The notes: generated by a model from the sequence alone, not told the origin. Positions 6,650 through 16,704 are shown, counted from the first letter of the stretch. The stretch is 42,498 nt of DNA from Candidatus Woesearchaeota archaeon (GCA_964357505.1 CAYHLN010000002.1:1-42498), one strand, 5' to 3'. Numbers and translations are program-made.

Positions 6650-9600
6650 TTATTCAGATTTTTTCCCCGCACCTTTACGTACTAAGGGGCCAGTCACCTT
6701 TACCAACAGTCCAGGTAATCCAGTTCCGACAGGCACTGGCTGGTTGAGCATGATATTTTCAATAACGGATTCAAGTTCATCTTTTCTGCCTTGAATGGTT
6801 GCATTGATAAATTGTTTATCAGGCGTTTCGAATGCAGCTCGAGCAAAGATACTTGATTTATCAGAGACAATACCCATTCTGGTTACTCCCTTTACAACAC
6901 CAGATGAAGTCATCGCATCGGCAATCAAATCAAGATGTCTGATGTTAATTTCCAATCCCTGTCCTTCAAGAACTTTCTTAATTTCATTCACAATGGTCTG
7001 TCGTGCAGCTTCAATACCAAGCACTTCAGCAGTCTCATGAATATCGTTTGAACTTATTCGATCCCTATCAGCGCCTTTTATCAACAGCGTATCTTTGATA
7101 TTGCTCCCAGAGGTAATAACAACGAATTCCCTGCCTCTATTTGCAACAACAACTTGATTAACGCCTTTGACGCCAGAGACAATTGCTTTCTTGATTTTCT
7201 CTTTAAGCTTGTAAATTTCCTTGAAGCCAAGATCTTGTACTTGAAGCACGATAGAGTTCTCGCGTGCCTTGCAGACGAATCCCTTGTCATTAAGACGATC
7301 AGCGATAGTCTGAGCACCAGCGTGTACGGTGCGCAGCGCATTGCTATCAAGCTCAATCTCAATTTTCTTACCGCCAAAGTCAATGCGTACTTCTCGCGTA
7401 ATTTCCTCAAGCATAACTTCTTTGATTTTCTCAGCAATCACTCGTGCATCCTTTTCATTGTTATACTCCTTATCCAAGTAAACAGTCATCTGAGGTGTTG
7501 AGGGCTTCTTACGAGCGTCAAAGATTTCAATCAAACGAGGTAGTCCAAGCGTAACCTGCATTTCTGCAACTCCCGCAGAGTGGAATGTTCTCAGAACCAT
7601 CTGTGTGGATGCTTCTCCAAAGGATTGTGCAGTTACGACTCCGACGCATTCACCTGGAGGGACTTTCATACCAAGATGCAATCCTGAAACATCGACTCCA
7701 TCTCCGCCATACAAGAATTGAACAATATTTCCAGAGGCATCGCGTACGGTCTCATCATATTCAACTTTCAAGTCTTGTAATGCGCTTACTAAACGGCGAT
7801 ACAAGTAACCAGACTTTGGCGTCCTCAGAGCAGTATCCATCAGAGCGTCTCTTCCAGTAATTGCTCCAAAGAAGAACTCGGTCGGTTTAAGCCCATCAAT
7901 AAAAGAAGATTTGATAAATCCACGAGCTGCCGGTTTCAAATCTCCACGCTCGAAGAATGAGAGGGTACGATTCGTGTATCCAAAGTTGATTCGATGGTCC
8001 CATAGGATTTGCTGACCAACGCAACAGCCAATTTGAGTAATATTTAGTAAGCTTCCTGCAGCGCCTGCAGAGATCATCTTATTGACGTTGCTATCTACAG
8101 GGAAGTTCGTTCGAACAATCTTACTTGCTTCTGTTCTTACCTCGTTTAACGTCTGAGCAATACGCACTTCACGTGATTCTTCCAAGGTCTTTCCTGGAAT
8201 CAACATCAGCTTACCAGAAGCAGCTTCACGGATAATTTCATCTGTTTTATGCTCAGCATCTTTAATGACCTGGTTAGTTAGCTCCTTCATTTTAGCCGGA
8301 ACGTTAAGATCCTGCAATGAGAGTGTGTATCCTTTGCGAGAAAGGTACCAGGTACCAAGTGCAAAAGCGCGTCTAATAGTCTCCAATACTTCTTGGCGTG
8401 AAACTTGCTTATCAAGCGTCTTGATAAGTTCGCCTTCTTCTACTCCAATAGTCGAGCTTCCAATCGAATCAGTAGGAATTTTAACATCAACGCCCTTTGG
8501 CAAGATGTGTGCGAAGATTTCTTTACCATCAATTTCCTTGCCCTTTAAAACCGCGCTCACACCAGAGCTGAAAAGCAATTGGTCAGCATCAGCCTTGCTC
8601 AATGACGACTTACTCAGCAAGTAAACGCCTGTAATTCCATCTGCAATACATCCTACAAGATTAGTATTGTTCTTGGAAGAAATAATGTTGTTCTTCACGT
8701 CCAGCAGCACGGTAGCTTCAGCGCGTGCTTCTTCTGTCTGAGGTGAGTGAATGTTTACTTCATCTCCGTCGAAGTCAGCGTTGTAAGGGAATGCAACTGC
8801 AGGATGGATTCTAAATGTTCTATCAGGCAATACACGCACGTAGTGAGCCATCAGGCTTTGCTTGTGAAGAGAAGGGTGACGATTGAAGAGTACAACATCT
8901 CCATCGCGCAAGTGTCGTTCAACCTTATAGCCTGGCTGAATTTCATTACACAAATCTTCCTTCAGCTCTTCAGCAATACGTTTTTTCTTTCCATCAGGGC
9001 GCACAACATAGTTAGCTCCGGGGTATTTCTCGCCCTGCCTAATAACATCCTTAAGGCTTTCCAAATTAGCAGTAGTCACACTCTCAGAAACAGTAATAAT
9101 ACGAGCAATATCAACAGGCACACCAATTTCATTGATAGCAAGGAACGGATCAGGTGACACGACAGTTCTTCCAGAGAAGTTAACACGCTTTCCGGCAAGG
9201 TTCTTTCTAATACGACCTTCCTTACCCTTAATACGTTCAGTGATCGTTTTTAGCGGCTGTCCTGAGCGATGACGTGCAGGCGGAATGCGAGTGATAGAGT
9301 TATCAAAATAGGTCGTCGTATGGTACTGCAATAAGTCCCATAGATCTTCAATAATAACTTCTGGTGCTCCCGCATTCAAGTTCTCCCAGAGTCGCTGATT
9401 AGCGCGGATAATATCTGAAAGCTTGTGTGTCAAGTCATCTTCGGAACGCTCTCCCGACTCAAGCGTGATCGATGGTCGAACGTTAACGCTCGGCACAATA
9501 AGCTGAGAAAGAATAGCTGATTCAGGTCTACAGGTACTTGGATTTACTCCAACCTTCTTCATCTGCTCGTCTGTAATCTTGAGCAACATCTCACGAATTT

Positions 9601-10090
9601 CAGTAGGGAAGATGCGTCGCTTACCCAATAAGAACTGACTTGGCTTTTCTAAGCGTACTCGCTCTTGCTCTTCATTACAATGAGGACACTTTTTCTTATC
9701 GCGTGCCTTCTTTGCGCGTTCAAGAGGGCTAAACGTTGCAGCCTTCTCATCTGAAAGCAAGATCTTGCCACAATGGTGACAGAAGCTTCTCAAAAAGAGT
9801 TCAATCAAAGGAATATATTTGATATGTAAAACAGGACGAGCAAACTCAATCATTCCAGGGTAACCGGGACAATCCTTCATCGTAGCTCCATCAGTTCTAC
9901 ATCGAACGCCAGGATCAATAGCGCCCAATCGCAGATCCATCAAACCACCATCAACCGGGAAGCCATCAACGTCATACAGTTCAGGTGTGACAATCTTTGC
10001 CACGCTTAACTTCTTGATAATCTCGGGGCTAACTAGGGCGAACTTCAGCGCTTTTACCTTCTTCTTGATTACGTCGTCGATGTTATTCAT
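6650..10090 (-). CDS. rpoA: DNA-directed RNA polymerase subunit A, unsplit A'+A'' fusion (1146 aa)
   Basis: N-terminal Zn motifs are present (CHHCGK...CPHC). The catalytic NADFDGDEVN motif and the bridge-helix region GRDALMDTALRTPKSGYLYRRL are present. The A''-type trigger-loop region TAQSFGEASTQMVLRTFHSAGV...TLGLPRLIEIFDARK follows in the same frame. The junction is around 7655-7690. Confidence 0.95.
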   Translation of the reverse strand: MNNIDDVIKKKVKALKFALVSPEIIKKLSVAKIVTPELYDVDGFPVDGGLMDLRLGAIDPGVRCRTDGATMKDCPGYPGMIEFARPVLHIKYIPLIELFLRSFCHHCGKILLSDEKAATFSPLERAKKARDKKKCPHCNEEQERVRLEKPSQFLLGKRRIFPTEIREMLLKITDEQMKKVGVNPSTCRPESAILSQLIVPSVNVRPSITLESGERSEDDLTHKLSDIIRANQRLWENLNAGAPEVIIEDLWDLLQYHTTTYFDNSITRIPPARHRSGQPLKTITERIKGKEGRIRKNLAGKRVNFSGRTVVSPDPFLAINEIGVPVDIARIITVSESVTTANLESLKDVIRQGEKYPGANYVVRPDGKKKRIAEELKEDLCNEIQPGYKVERHLRDGDVVLFNRHPSLHKQSLMAHYVRVLPDRTFRIHPAVAFPYNADFDGDEVNIHSPQTEEARAEATVLLDVKNNIISSKNNTNLVGCIADGITGVYLLSKSSLSKADADQLLFSSGVSAVLKGKEIDGKEIFAHILPKGVDVKIPTDSIGSSTIGVEEGELIKTLDKQVSRQEVLETIRRAFALGTWYLSRKGYTLSLQDLNVPAKMKELTNQVIKDAEHKTDEIIREAASGKLMLIPGKTLEESREVRIAQTLNEVRTEASKIVRTNFPVDSNVNKMISAGAAGSLLNITQIGCCVGQQILWDHRINFGYTNRTLSFFERGDLKPAARGFIKSSFIDGLKPTEFFFGAITGRDALMDTALRTPKSGYLYRRLVSALQDLKVEYDETVRDASGNIVQFLYGGDGVDVSGLHLGMKVPPGECVGVVTAQSFGEASTQMVLRTFHSAGVAEMQVTLGLPRLIEIFDARKKPSTPQMTVYLDKEYNNEKDARVIAEKIKEVMLEEITREVRIDFGGKKIEIELDSNALRTVHAGAQTIADRLNDKGFVCKARENSIVLQVQDLGFKEIYKLKEKIKKAIVSGVKGVNQVVVANRGREFVVITSGSNIKDTLLIKGADRDRISSNDIHETAEVLGIEAARQTIVNEIKKVLEGQGLEINIRHLDLIADAMTSSGVVKGVTRMGIVSDKSSIFARAAFETPDKQFINATIQGRKDELESVIENIMLNQPVPVGTGLPGLLVKVTGPLVRKGAGKKSE

Positions 10091-13000
10091 ATTTGTTCTT
10101 TAGCTCGAAAGTGGTGAGGATATGCATCGCCAGCAACTCATCGATCAGTAGTTTAAATGCGTAGGAAACTTCAATTGGTTCAACATCAGTGCTGCCAGTA
10201 ATTGGACAGTACGTCTTGTTACGGATTCGATCGCGAATGGCTAGATGGCCTGACTGCGTTGCAACCCATAACGTCGTCTTATCAGAATCATATCGTTCCT
10301 TGAGCAACAGTGACGCTCCATGGCCCACCAGTGCTTGCTGCTCCATTTCTCCCAGACGCAATGCGCCACCTCGAGCACGGCCTTCTGTTGGCTGTCGCGT
10401 TAGCAAGGCAACTTTACCGGATGCTCGTGCATGGATCTTATTCTTAACCATGTATTTCAACTTCAAGTAGTACATGTTACCCACGTAAATCTTAGCATCC
10501 ATCTTCTTACCACTAACTCCATCATACATGGTTTCCTTACCATCAAAGCGGAAGCCCATACTTTGTAATTGCGCCTCAAGGTCAGGAACGCTCTGGCCAG
10601 AGAATGGCGTCCCGTCAAGCACTTTACCAGTAACTGCGGCGGTCTTACCAGCAAGCATTTCAATCAAATATCCAACAGTCATACGGCTTGGAATACCATG
10701 CGGGTTAAAGAGTAAATCAGGTGTAATACCTCGTGACGTGAATGGCATATCACGCGGATCTGCAATCATACCAACGACTCCTTTCTGTCCGTGTGGTGTC
10801 GAGAACTTATCTCCTGGTTCAGGTAAACGCGAGTCACGAATACGTACTTGAGCAATCTTATTACCATCTCGATCAGCAGTAATGAACACGGCATCTACAA
10901 TACCTTCTTCTTCCTGTCGCATTGCGGTACTTGCTTCTTTCTTAGATTGAATACTGATGTCTTTTGCCTCTGACAGGAATTTAGGAGGAGTAACCTTACC
11001 AATAATAACATCCGCTGAGTGAATAGGTGCTTCTGGGTAAACGATACCATCATCTTCAAGGAACTGATACGATTTCTCAGTTCGATATCCTGCTACGTCC
11101 TTGTCAGGAATAAGGATCTCATCTCTCAAGCCCCCTGTGTAGTGCAATTCAGTTGAATCATAGGGCCTAAAGTACGTGCTTCTTCCCATACCGCGCTGGA
11201 TGCTTGCTTTATTAAGAATAACTGCGTCTTCAACGTTATACCCGTCAAAAGGCATAATAGCAACAACAAGATTCTGTCCTGCTGGGTACACGTTAAGCGT
11301 GTTGAATACGAAGCTTCTGACCAATGGCTTTTGCGGATAGTGCAAGATAGAAACATCCGTGTCTAGTCGCGTCAAATAGTTAGCAGCATAAATACCTAAG
11401 GACTGCTTCAGAGTCTTACTTCCTCTGTTAAGACGAGAAGACTGGTCGTGGTTTCCAAAGGGTACCAGGGAAGTGATCAGACCAAAAACGTCAATGCTGT
11501 CAATTTCAAGGTGTGTGTGCTTTGCATTCAAATCGTCAACAGACAAAGAGACAAGCGCATCTTCTTCTTCAGCAGCATCTAAATATTCAATGACTCCTTG
11601 CGTAACCAAATCGCTCCAGCTCAGCGAACCTTGCTCCAAAAGAACCTGGTGTTCATCCTTCAACTTGCTTACTCCCTGAGAAACAATTAACAACGGTCTC
11701 AAAACACGGCCCACTTCAGTTGAAATAACAACAGAGTTAGCTTCATTCTGGCTTCTAATGCTCAATTCAACAGGGAGCTCGCCTCTGCGTCGAGCAGCTC
11801 GAATATCTTTAACAAAGCTGACAGGGTCAGCAGCGACGCCAATAAATCGTCCATTGAAGAATACATCTCGTCCAGCACCTTCGCCCAAGCCAATGCCTTG
11901 AATCTTCTTGATAATAGGAACTTCATCAACAATAATGGCAGTCGAAATTCGACTCAAGAGCGCAAGGTTCTTTCGTAATCCGATTTCTGTTCCTTCAGGC
12001 GTTTCAGTAGGACAGAATCGCCCATAGTGGGTTGGATGCAGCGTACGTGCCATGAAGTTCTCCTGGTCGTCAGGCAACATACTCGAAACACGCATCAGCT
12101 GAGAGAGAATAGAAAGATAGTTGGTCTTATCCATATTTTGCGTTACGCCCGTTCGCTCGCCAATCCATGCTCCTGTTGCAATAGCGCTTTCAATACGCTG
12201 GCTGAATAAGGTTGATTTTGCAATAGTCTTCACAGAATAAAACTTCTTTCGTTTTACAACTTTCTGCAAAGAGTATTGAATATCTCTCACTAGAATATTC
12301 AAGTTAACACGGAAAAGATCAGAAAGCAAGTCTCCAGTAAGCTTTACACGCTTGTTTGCATAATGGTCTTTATCAGTTCGTAAGCTTGGATCAGTTTTAG
12401 CAGTCAAGAATTGCTTGATAAATTTACATAACGTTAATGCCTTTTCTTGTCGAGCATTCTTATCAACACCAATATGGGGCAGGAAGAAGCGATCAACACG
12501 CTCTTTAGTACGATCAAGAATTTCCTTCTTTGTTCCTTGGATGCCTGATTTCTCTGCAATGGCAAGCAACGCATCATCAGTACTTTGAATGTTAGCGAAT
12601 TCATAGAAGTTAACAATCAAACAGTCATCTTCTTTTCCAATATGTTTAGCAATATCTGCTTCAGTGCCCATTCCTAAAGCCTTAAGCAAGACGAAACATG
12701 GAATATTCTTCAATCGGCTGAAAGAAACATCTAAGATTCCTTCGCCTGTCTCGCTGACAGTAGTAGGAATCTTGTACGCACCACGCTGAGAGAATACACG
12801 TAAGATAAGCCCATGACGCCCATTTTCAATAAAGGGTTGGTTAGATGCAAGGTCTTCAGTCATAACCATAATACGTTCATTTCCATTGACAATAAAGTAT
12901 CCTCCAGGGTCGAGCGGATCAATATAGTTCTCCCGTAGCTGATTAGTGTTCATACCATACGTGGTGCAAATCGTGCTCTTCACCATCACGGGCAAGCGCC

Positions 13001-13325
13001 CAATCTCAACTTCTGCGCTTTCATTCTGAGCGCCAAATTTAACACTAAGCTCAACAAAAACCGGTGCTGAATAGGTCAAATTTCGTAAACGAGCTTCAGT
13101 AGGAGTAAGGATATTGACGCTACCATCAGCTTCAATGACGTCTGGCTTGCCCATTCTAATCTTGCCAAGCTTAACTTCAACATCTTCCTGCTCAATGCCT
13201 TCATTGACTTCTTGTACAATATGTTGTATCCTACGTGCAATAAAATCGTTAAAGCTTCTCAAGTTAGACTCAACAACCGAGTGCTGCTGCAAATACTTCT
13301 TAACTAACAAGTGTTTATCGGCCAT
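10083..13325 (-). CDS. rpoB: DNA-directed RNA polymerase subunit B (unsplit, 1080 aa)
   Basis: Motifs present are GDKFSTPHGQKGV, GEMEQQALVGHGA and NPHGIPSRMTVG. It overlaps the rpoA start by 8 nt. Confidence 0.96.
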   Translation of the reverse strand: MADKHLLVKKYLQQHSVVESNLRSFNDFIARRIQHIVQEVNEGIEQEDVEVKLGKIRMGKPDVIEADGSVNILTPTEARLRNLTYSAPVFVELSVKFGAQNESAEVEIGRLPVMVKSTICTTYGMNTNQLRENYIDPLDPGGYFIVNGNERIMVMTEDLASNQPFIENGRHGLILRVFSQRGAYKIPTTVSETGEGILDVSFSRLKNIPCFVLLKALGMGTEADIAKHIGKEDDCLIVNFYEFANIQSTDDALLAIAEKSGIQGTKKEILDRTKERVDRFFLPHIGVDKNARQEKALTLCKFIKQFLTAKTDPSLRTDKDHYANKRVKLTGDLLSDLFRVNLNILVRDIQYSLQKVVKRKKFYSVKTIAKSTLFSQRIESAIATGAWIGERTGVTQNMDKTNYLSILSQLMRVSSMLPDDQENFMARTLHPTHYGRFCPTETPEGTEIGLRKNLALLSRISTAIIVDEVPIIKKIQGIGLGEGAGRDVFFNGRFIGVAADPVSFVKDIRAARRRGELPVELSIRSQNEANSVVISTEVGRVLRPLLIVSQGVSKLKDEHQVLLEQGSLSWSDLVTQGVIEYLDAAEEEDALVSLSVDDLNAKHTHLEIDSIDVFGLITSLVPFGNHDQSSRLNRGSKTLKQSLGIYAANYLTRLDTDVSILHYPQKPLVRSFVFNTLNVYPAGQNLVVAIMPFDGYNVEDAVILNKASIQRGMGRSTYFRPYDSTELHYTGGLRDEILIPDKDVAGYRTEKSYQFLEDDGIVYPEAPIHSADVIIGKVTPPKFLSEAKDISIQSKKEASTAMRQEEEGIVDAVFITADRDGNKIAQVRIRDSRLPEPGDKFSTPHGQKGVVGMIADPRDMPFTSRGITPDLLFNPHGIPSRMTVGYLIEMLAGKTAAVTGKVLDGTPFSGQSVPDLEAQLQSMGFRFDGKETMYDGVSGKKMDAKIYVGNMYYLKLKYMVKNKIHARASGKVALLTRQPTEGRARGGALRLGEMEQQALVGHGASLLLKERYDSDKTTLWVATQSGHLAIRDRIRNKTYCPITGSTDVEPIEVSYAFKLLIDELLAMHILTTFELKNKYE

Positions 13326-13531
13326 TATGAAACCACCCGATAATAAATTCTTTTTTTATCTTCAAAATCACGCTCAACCTTCACCACTTCTCCACGTACG
13401 CACCCTTCAGGTAACGCTGGATCAGTTGCCCGCATCTTTGGGAGTTGCGCAACGGCAATATTAAACTTTTCCAAAAGTAGTTTAACCTCTTCTGGCGTCA
13501 ATTTCGTATGTTTTGGCTGCAAGACGTGCAT
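13325..13531 (-). CDS. rpoH: DNA-directed RNA polymerase subunit H (Rpb5 C-terminal domain homologue)
   Basis: The 68-aa sequence contains HTKLTPEEVKLLLEKFNI...QLPKMRATDPA. It lies immediately upstream of rpoB and overlaps it by 1 nt. Confidence 0.88.
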   Translation of the reverse strand: MHVLQPKHTKLTPEEVKLLLEKFNIAVAQLPKMRATDPALPEGCVRGEVVKVERDFEDKKRIYYRVVS

Positions 13532-13692
13532 GGGCGATTGACGACTATAAATAAGATAATAGTGTTGTGTAAAAGTGGCTTTTTAAACCTTTCTGCTAAA
13601 ACTTAAAAAGCTACTTTTAATCATTTTCAATCAGGCGAGCTCTTCAATCATGTTTTTCCACATCCCTGACATGTATAATCTTTATTACAGGA

Positions 13693-15501
13693 TCAGAATC
13701 TATGTTCAATAACTGGCATCTCAACACGCGAATCCTGCACAATCCACAGACCCTGCTGCGACACGCGAGAAGGCATAATGACTGCCGAATTAAAAGTCAG
13801 CTTTGTAGTGGCCGTCTGAATGACAACTGCTCCAGAATCAACCCGTTGCTCAATAGTAGATTGGGGGGTAAATCTCCAAACACGTCTTCCTCCAGAATGA
13901 ACACCGGAAAGAACATAATCTGCGTCCCAATCAGCCAGGCTCGTTGTGAGAGATTTTTTATCAGTAAAACCGGTAAGCACGTTGATCTCCTCAAGCATGC
14001 CTGAAAAAGCCTCATTCTCTGCACGAGGCGCATTCGGATTCCACAATATCAACGCATCAGGAACAAGTAGTGAAATATGCATCACGGACTCCTGATAATA
14101 ATCAGTATTTGCCATTGCCACGATAGGTTTATCCTCGCCATCTCCGCCATAACTTCTAAAAGCAACCCAGGGCATCAGACCAACGTCGGAATTCAGCTTA
14201 GCGGCGCGAACCTGATTGACGCTGTATCTGAATGAATTAAAGGCAGTCAAGTTATATGTTCCGTTTCCTGGCTCTCTTCCAGGCCAGGTTATCTGTCCAA
14301 GCCAGCCGTAAGCTTGTGGGGCTTGATGCGTTCCAAAAATTTGCGGGCCGACGAGGTCAACAGAAGGGATCTCAAGACAGTAACCACCATGGCCGTTCAC
14401 ATCAACCAAACCAAAGGGGCAACTAATGGGATAGTTGTAAGCATACTCGTAGTTTGAACCATTTACATAGGGATAATATCTTTTCACAGGGTCAAAAAAA
14501 GCCTGATTTAAGAATTTCACTGAACGCGCAACATGTACTGCATTCCATATATGATAGTTATTGCCTCCGCTGAAAAAATTTGAAACCGTAGATAAATCGT
14601 CAAACCCGATCAACGGAATTATTTCCTCTCTCGTTCGTGGATCATTTTGTATCGCATTCCACTTTACAACAACGTCAGGATTAGACAAATTGCTTCCAAC
14701 CTGGAAATTACTAAACCCACGTTCGAAATCAATGATAACTGTGTCAACCTTACCACCTAGTGCAGAATAATTCGCAAAAAATGAATCAACAATAGTCGAG
14801 ACATTAGCAACACCATTATCCCACCAGAGGCAAGAAATGTTCGTCAGCACCCTGTCTTCATTGATGCATGCATCTTCGGGATGATTGGTAATCAAATCCT
14901 GATAGATTCCCAACTGAAAAAGAATCATCACCCTATGGCCTTCTGGATACGCATCAAGCGCAAGCTTTGCTGCTTCGGGCGTGGTCTGCGGCCAAGGCGG
15001 CGGATTTCCAGTGCCAACAGTAAAAGGAAAGTAATAGAACATCGGAACGATAGCAGTCAAATTAGTTGTTCGTGAATCCCACGCATACGCGTATAACGTC
15101 TTTCGTTGAAAAGTATCGCTTTCTCCAGAGTCATCTGCTGAGCCGCATCCAGGATCAACAGGCCAATCAACCAGCCCATCATAATCATTATCTACGCCGT
15201 CTGCACATTCATACACATCACGAGAACCACTGCTCCTACGATCTCCGTCACTATAGGAACGATACGAGCAATCTCGACCTAAGCCATCAGAAGATAAACA
15301 TTCGTCTTCAGATAAACGCACAACGACTGCTGGAACAGATTCATCTTCAACAAGCCGCAATGCTCCTTGTCTACTGCTATCGTGGGCTTGACCAACGAAT
15401 CCTCCCGCAATAAGCACCCATAAAAGCGACATAAAACACACCACGCAAGCGACCCCTACGAGCACAATCAGCAGTACACTACTTTGATTGGAATACGTCA
15501 T
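13693..15501 (-). CDS. Membrane-anchored/secreted large protein with a Cys-flanked DGxDNDxDGxxD motif and many N-x-S/T sequons
   Basis: An N-terminal TM is present (VLLIVLVGVACVVCFMSLLWVLIAGGF). The motif reads CADGVDNDYDGLVDWPVDPGC. About 450 aa follow with no family I recognise. Confidence 0.75.
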   Translation of the reverse strand: MTYSNQSSVLLIVLVGVACVVCFMSLLWVLIAGGFVGQAHDSSRQGALRLVEDESVPAVVVRLSEDECLSSDGLGRDCSYRSYSDGDRRSSGSRDVYECADGVDNDYDGLVDWPVDPGCGSADDSGESDTFQRKTLYAYAWDSRTTNLTAIVPMFYYFPFTVGTGNPPPWPQTTPEAAKLALDAYPEGHRVMILFQLGIYQDLITNHPEDACINEDRVLTNISCLWWDNGVANVSTIVDSFFANYSALGGKVDTVIIDFERGFSNFQVGSNLSNPDVVVKWNAIQNDPRTREEIIPLIGFDDLSTVSNFFSGGNNYHIWNAVHVARSVKFLNQAFFDPVKRYYPYVNGSNYEYAYNYPISCPFGLVDVNGHGGYCLEIPSVDLVGPQIFGTHQAPQAYGWLGQITWPGREPGNGTYNLTAFNSFRYSVNQVRAAKLNSDVGLMPWVAFRSYGGDGEDKPIVAMANTDYYQESVMHISLLVPDALILWNPNAPRAENEAFSGMLEEINVLTGFTDKKSLTTSLADWDADYVLSGVHSGGRRVWRFTPQSTIEQRVDSGAVVIQTATTKLTFNSAVIMPSRVSQQGLWIVQDSRVEMPVIEHRF

Positions 15502-15546
15502 GAAAATATTCTAAATGGGTGCTTTATAAGCATATCGCAAGAAAAA

Positions 15547-15621
15547 TGACCCCGATGGGATTTGAACCCACGACACCTGGATTAAAAGTCCAGTACTCTA
15601 ACCGGGCTGAGCTACGGGGCC
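15547..15621 (-). tRNA. tRNA-Lys (anticodon UUU)
   Basis: The minus strand reads GGCCCCG-TA-GCTC-AGCCCGGTTA-GAGT-A-CTGGA-CTTTTAA-TCCAG-GTGTC-GTGGG-TTCAAAT-CCCAT-CGGGGTC-A. This folds as a full cloverleaf of 75 nt. No CCA is encoded and a T5 tract follows. Confidence 0.93.
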
Positions 15622-15646
15622 ATACGCAAATCAGCGCGAGATGATT

Positions 15647-15683
15647 TTTAAATGCTTTTACTCAACAAGATAAAGCATTTAAA
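15647..15683. repeat. Perfect 12-bp inverted repeat (tttaaatgcttt / aaagcatttaaa) with a 13-nt loop
   Basis: It lies between the trx stop and the 5' end of tRNA-Lys. The tRNA-proximal arm carries ATTTAAAAAT about 22-31 nt upstream of tRNA position +1. It may act as a trx terminator and/or the tRNA TATA box. Confidence 0.5.
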
Positions 15684-15738
15684 GGACTTTAAAGCGCAAA
15701 GTAGAAAATCTGGCTAAAAATTACGCCAGGAAAAATAA

Positions 15739-16050
15739 CTAGAAAGCGTCAGCAATCTTTCGCTTAATATCTTCAAAGCTCAACGCGCCCGTATGGCGGT
15801 CGACCATTTCACTGTCTTTAAAGAAGATCGTAGTAGGAATAGACATCACATCAAATCGCTGCGCCAGTTCTTGATTGCCATCAACATCAACCTTGGCAAA
15901 CTTTACTCCCTTAATGTTTTCCGAGGCTTTCTTAAAATGAGGCCCCATAATCTTGCACGGCCCACACCAGTCAGCATGGAAATCAACAACAACGCTTCCG
16001 TGTGCAATAAAATCATCAAATGAATCTACATCAAGCTCTTTTAGGCCCAT
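15739..16050 (-). CDS. trxA: Thioredoxin
   Basis: The 103-aa protein has the WCGPC active site and a typical Trx fold pattern. Confidence 0.92.
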   Translation of the reverse strand: MGLKELDVDSFDDFIAHGSVVVDFHADWCGPCKIMGPHFKKASENIKGVKFAKVDVDGNQELAQRFDVMSIPTTIFFKDSEMVDRHTGALSFEDIKRKIADAF

Positions 16051-16136
16051 ATACGTTTCTAAAAAGACAGCTTAATAAATCTTATGCATTTTTTAAGATA
16101 ACATAACTTTTTAAATGAAAATTGGTGAATAGTAGT

Positions 16137-16619
16137 ATGAAACAACTACACCTTGGGGCAAAATGGCAATTCCGCATCGGGGGATACTTCGGCTTTGGTT
16201 TTGTAGTTCTATTTTTTGGAATATGGTTAGGATTTACTAGTCTTTTGATTTTTCCTTCAGTATCTTTATTTTTAACTTTAATCATAATTTATCTTATTTT
16301 GGTTATAATATTAACTGAAATTTACACGCAGATGTCATACACAAGATGGTTCTATGAATTTGCCAAAGATGAATTAAAAATAGAGAGGGGAATAATCTGG
16401 AAAAGATATAGCAATGTTCCATATCAGAGAATACAAAACGTTGATATCCAGAGAGGAATTATCGCCAGATTTCTAGGCTTCTCAACCGTAATAGTCCAGA
16501 CGGCGGGCTATTCTGCACCAGCAAGGTATCAAGCAGAAGGATATATCCCTGCAGTAGATATGAAAGAAGCAGAAAATATAAGATCTTTTTTAATGAAAAA
16601 GATTTCTAAACGAAGATAA
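16137..16619 (+). CDS. Membrane protein with a bacterial-PH (YdbS/YdbT-like) domain
   Basis: It has two N-terminal TM helices followed by ...ELKIERGIIWKRYSNVPYQRIQNVDIQRGIIARFLGFSTVIVQTAG. I place the start at the first ATG (16137), which has a TTTTTAAAT box about 25 nt upstream. The track ORF starts at a TTG at 16122. Confidence 0.75.
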   Translation: MKQLHLGAKWQFRIGGYFGFGFVVLFFGIWLGFTSLLIFPSVSLFLTLIIIYLILVIILTEIYTQMSYTRWFYEFAKDELKIERGIIWKRYSNVPYQRIQNVDIQRGIIARFLGFSTVIVQTAGYSAPARYQAEGYIPAVDMKEAENIRSFLMKKISKRR

Positions 16620-16704
16620 TTATTTATCTAGAGAAGATTTCGAAAGACTTCTATAACCTTCTCCGCAACAATCCTTAAAAACTCAAGAAAGATTAATATA
16701 AAAC

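Noticed and set aside
6795-13464. Numerous 60-136-aa ORFs on the plus strand, and short minus-strand ORFs, inside rpoA and rpoB.
   Set aside because: All are nested in or antisense to the highly conserved RNAP subunit frames. None has start signals or recognisable motifs.
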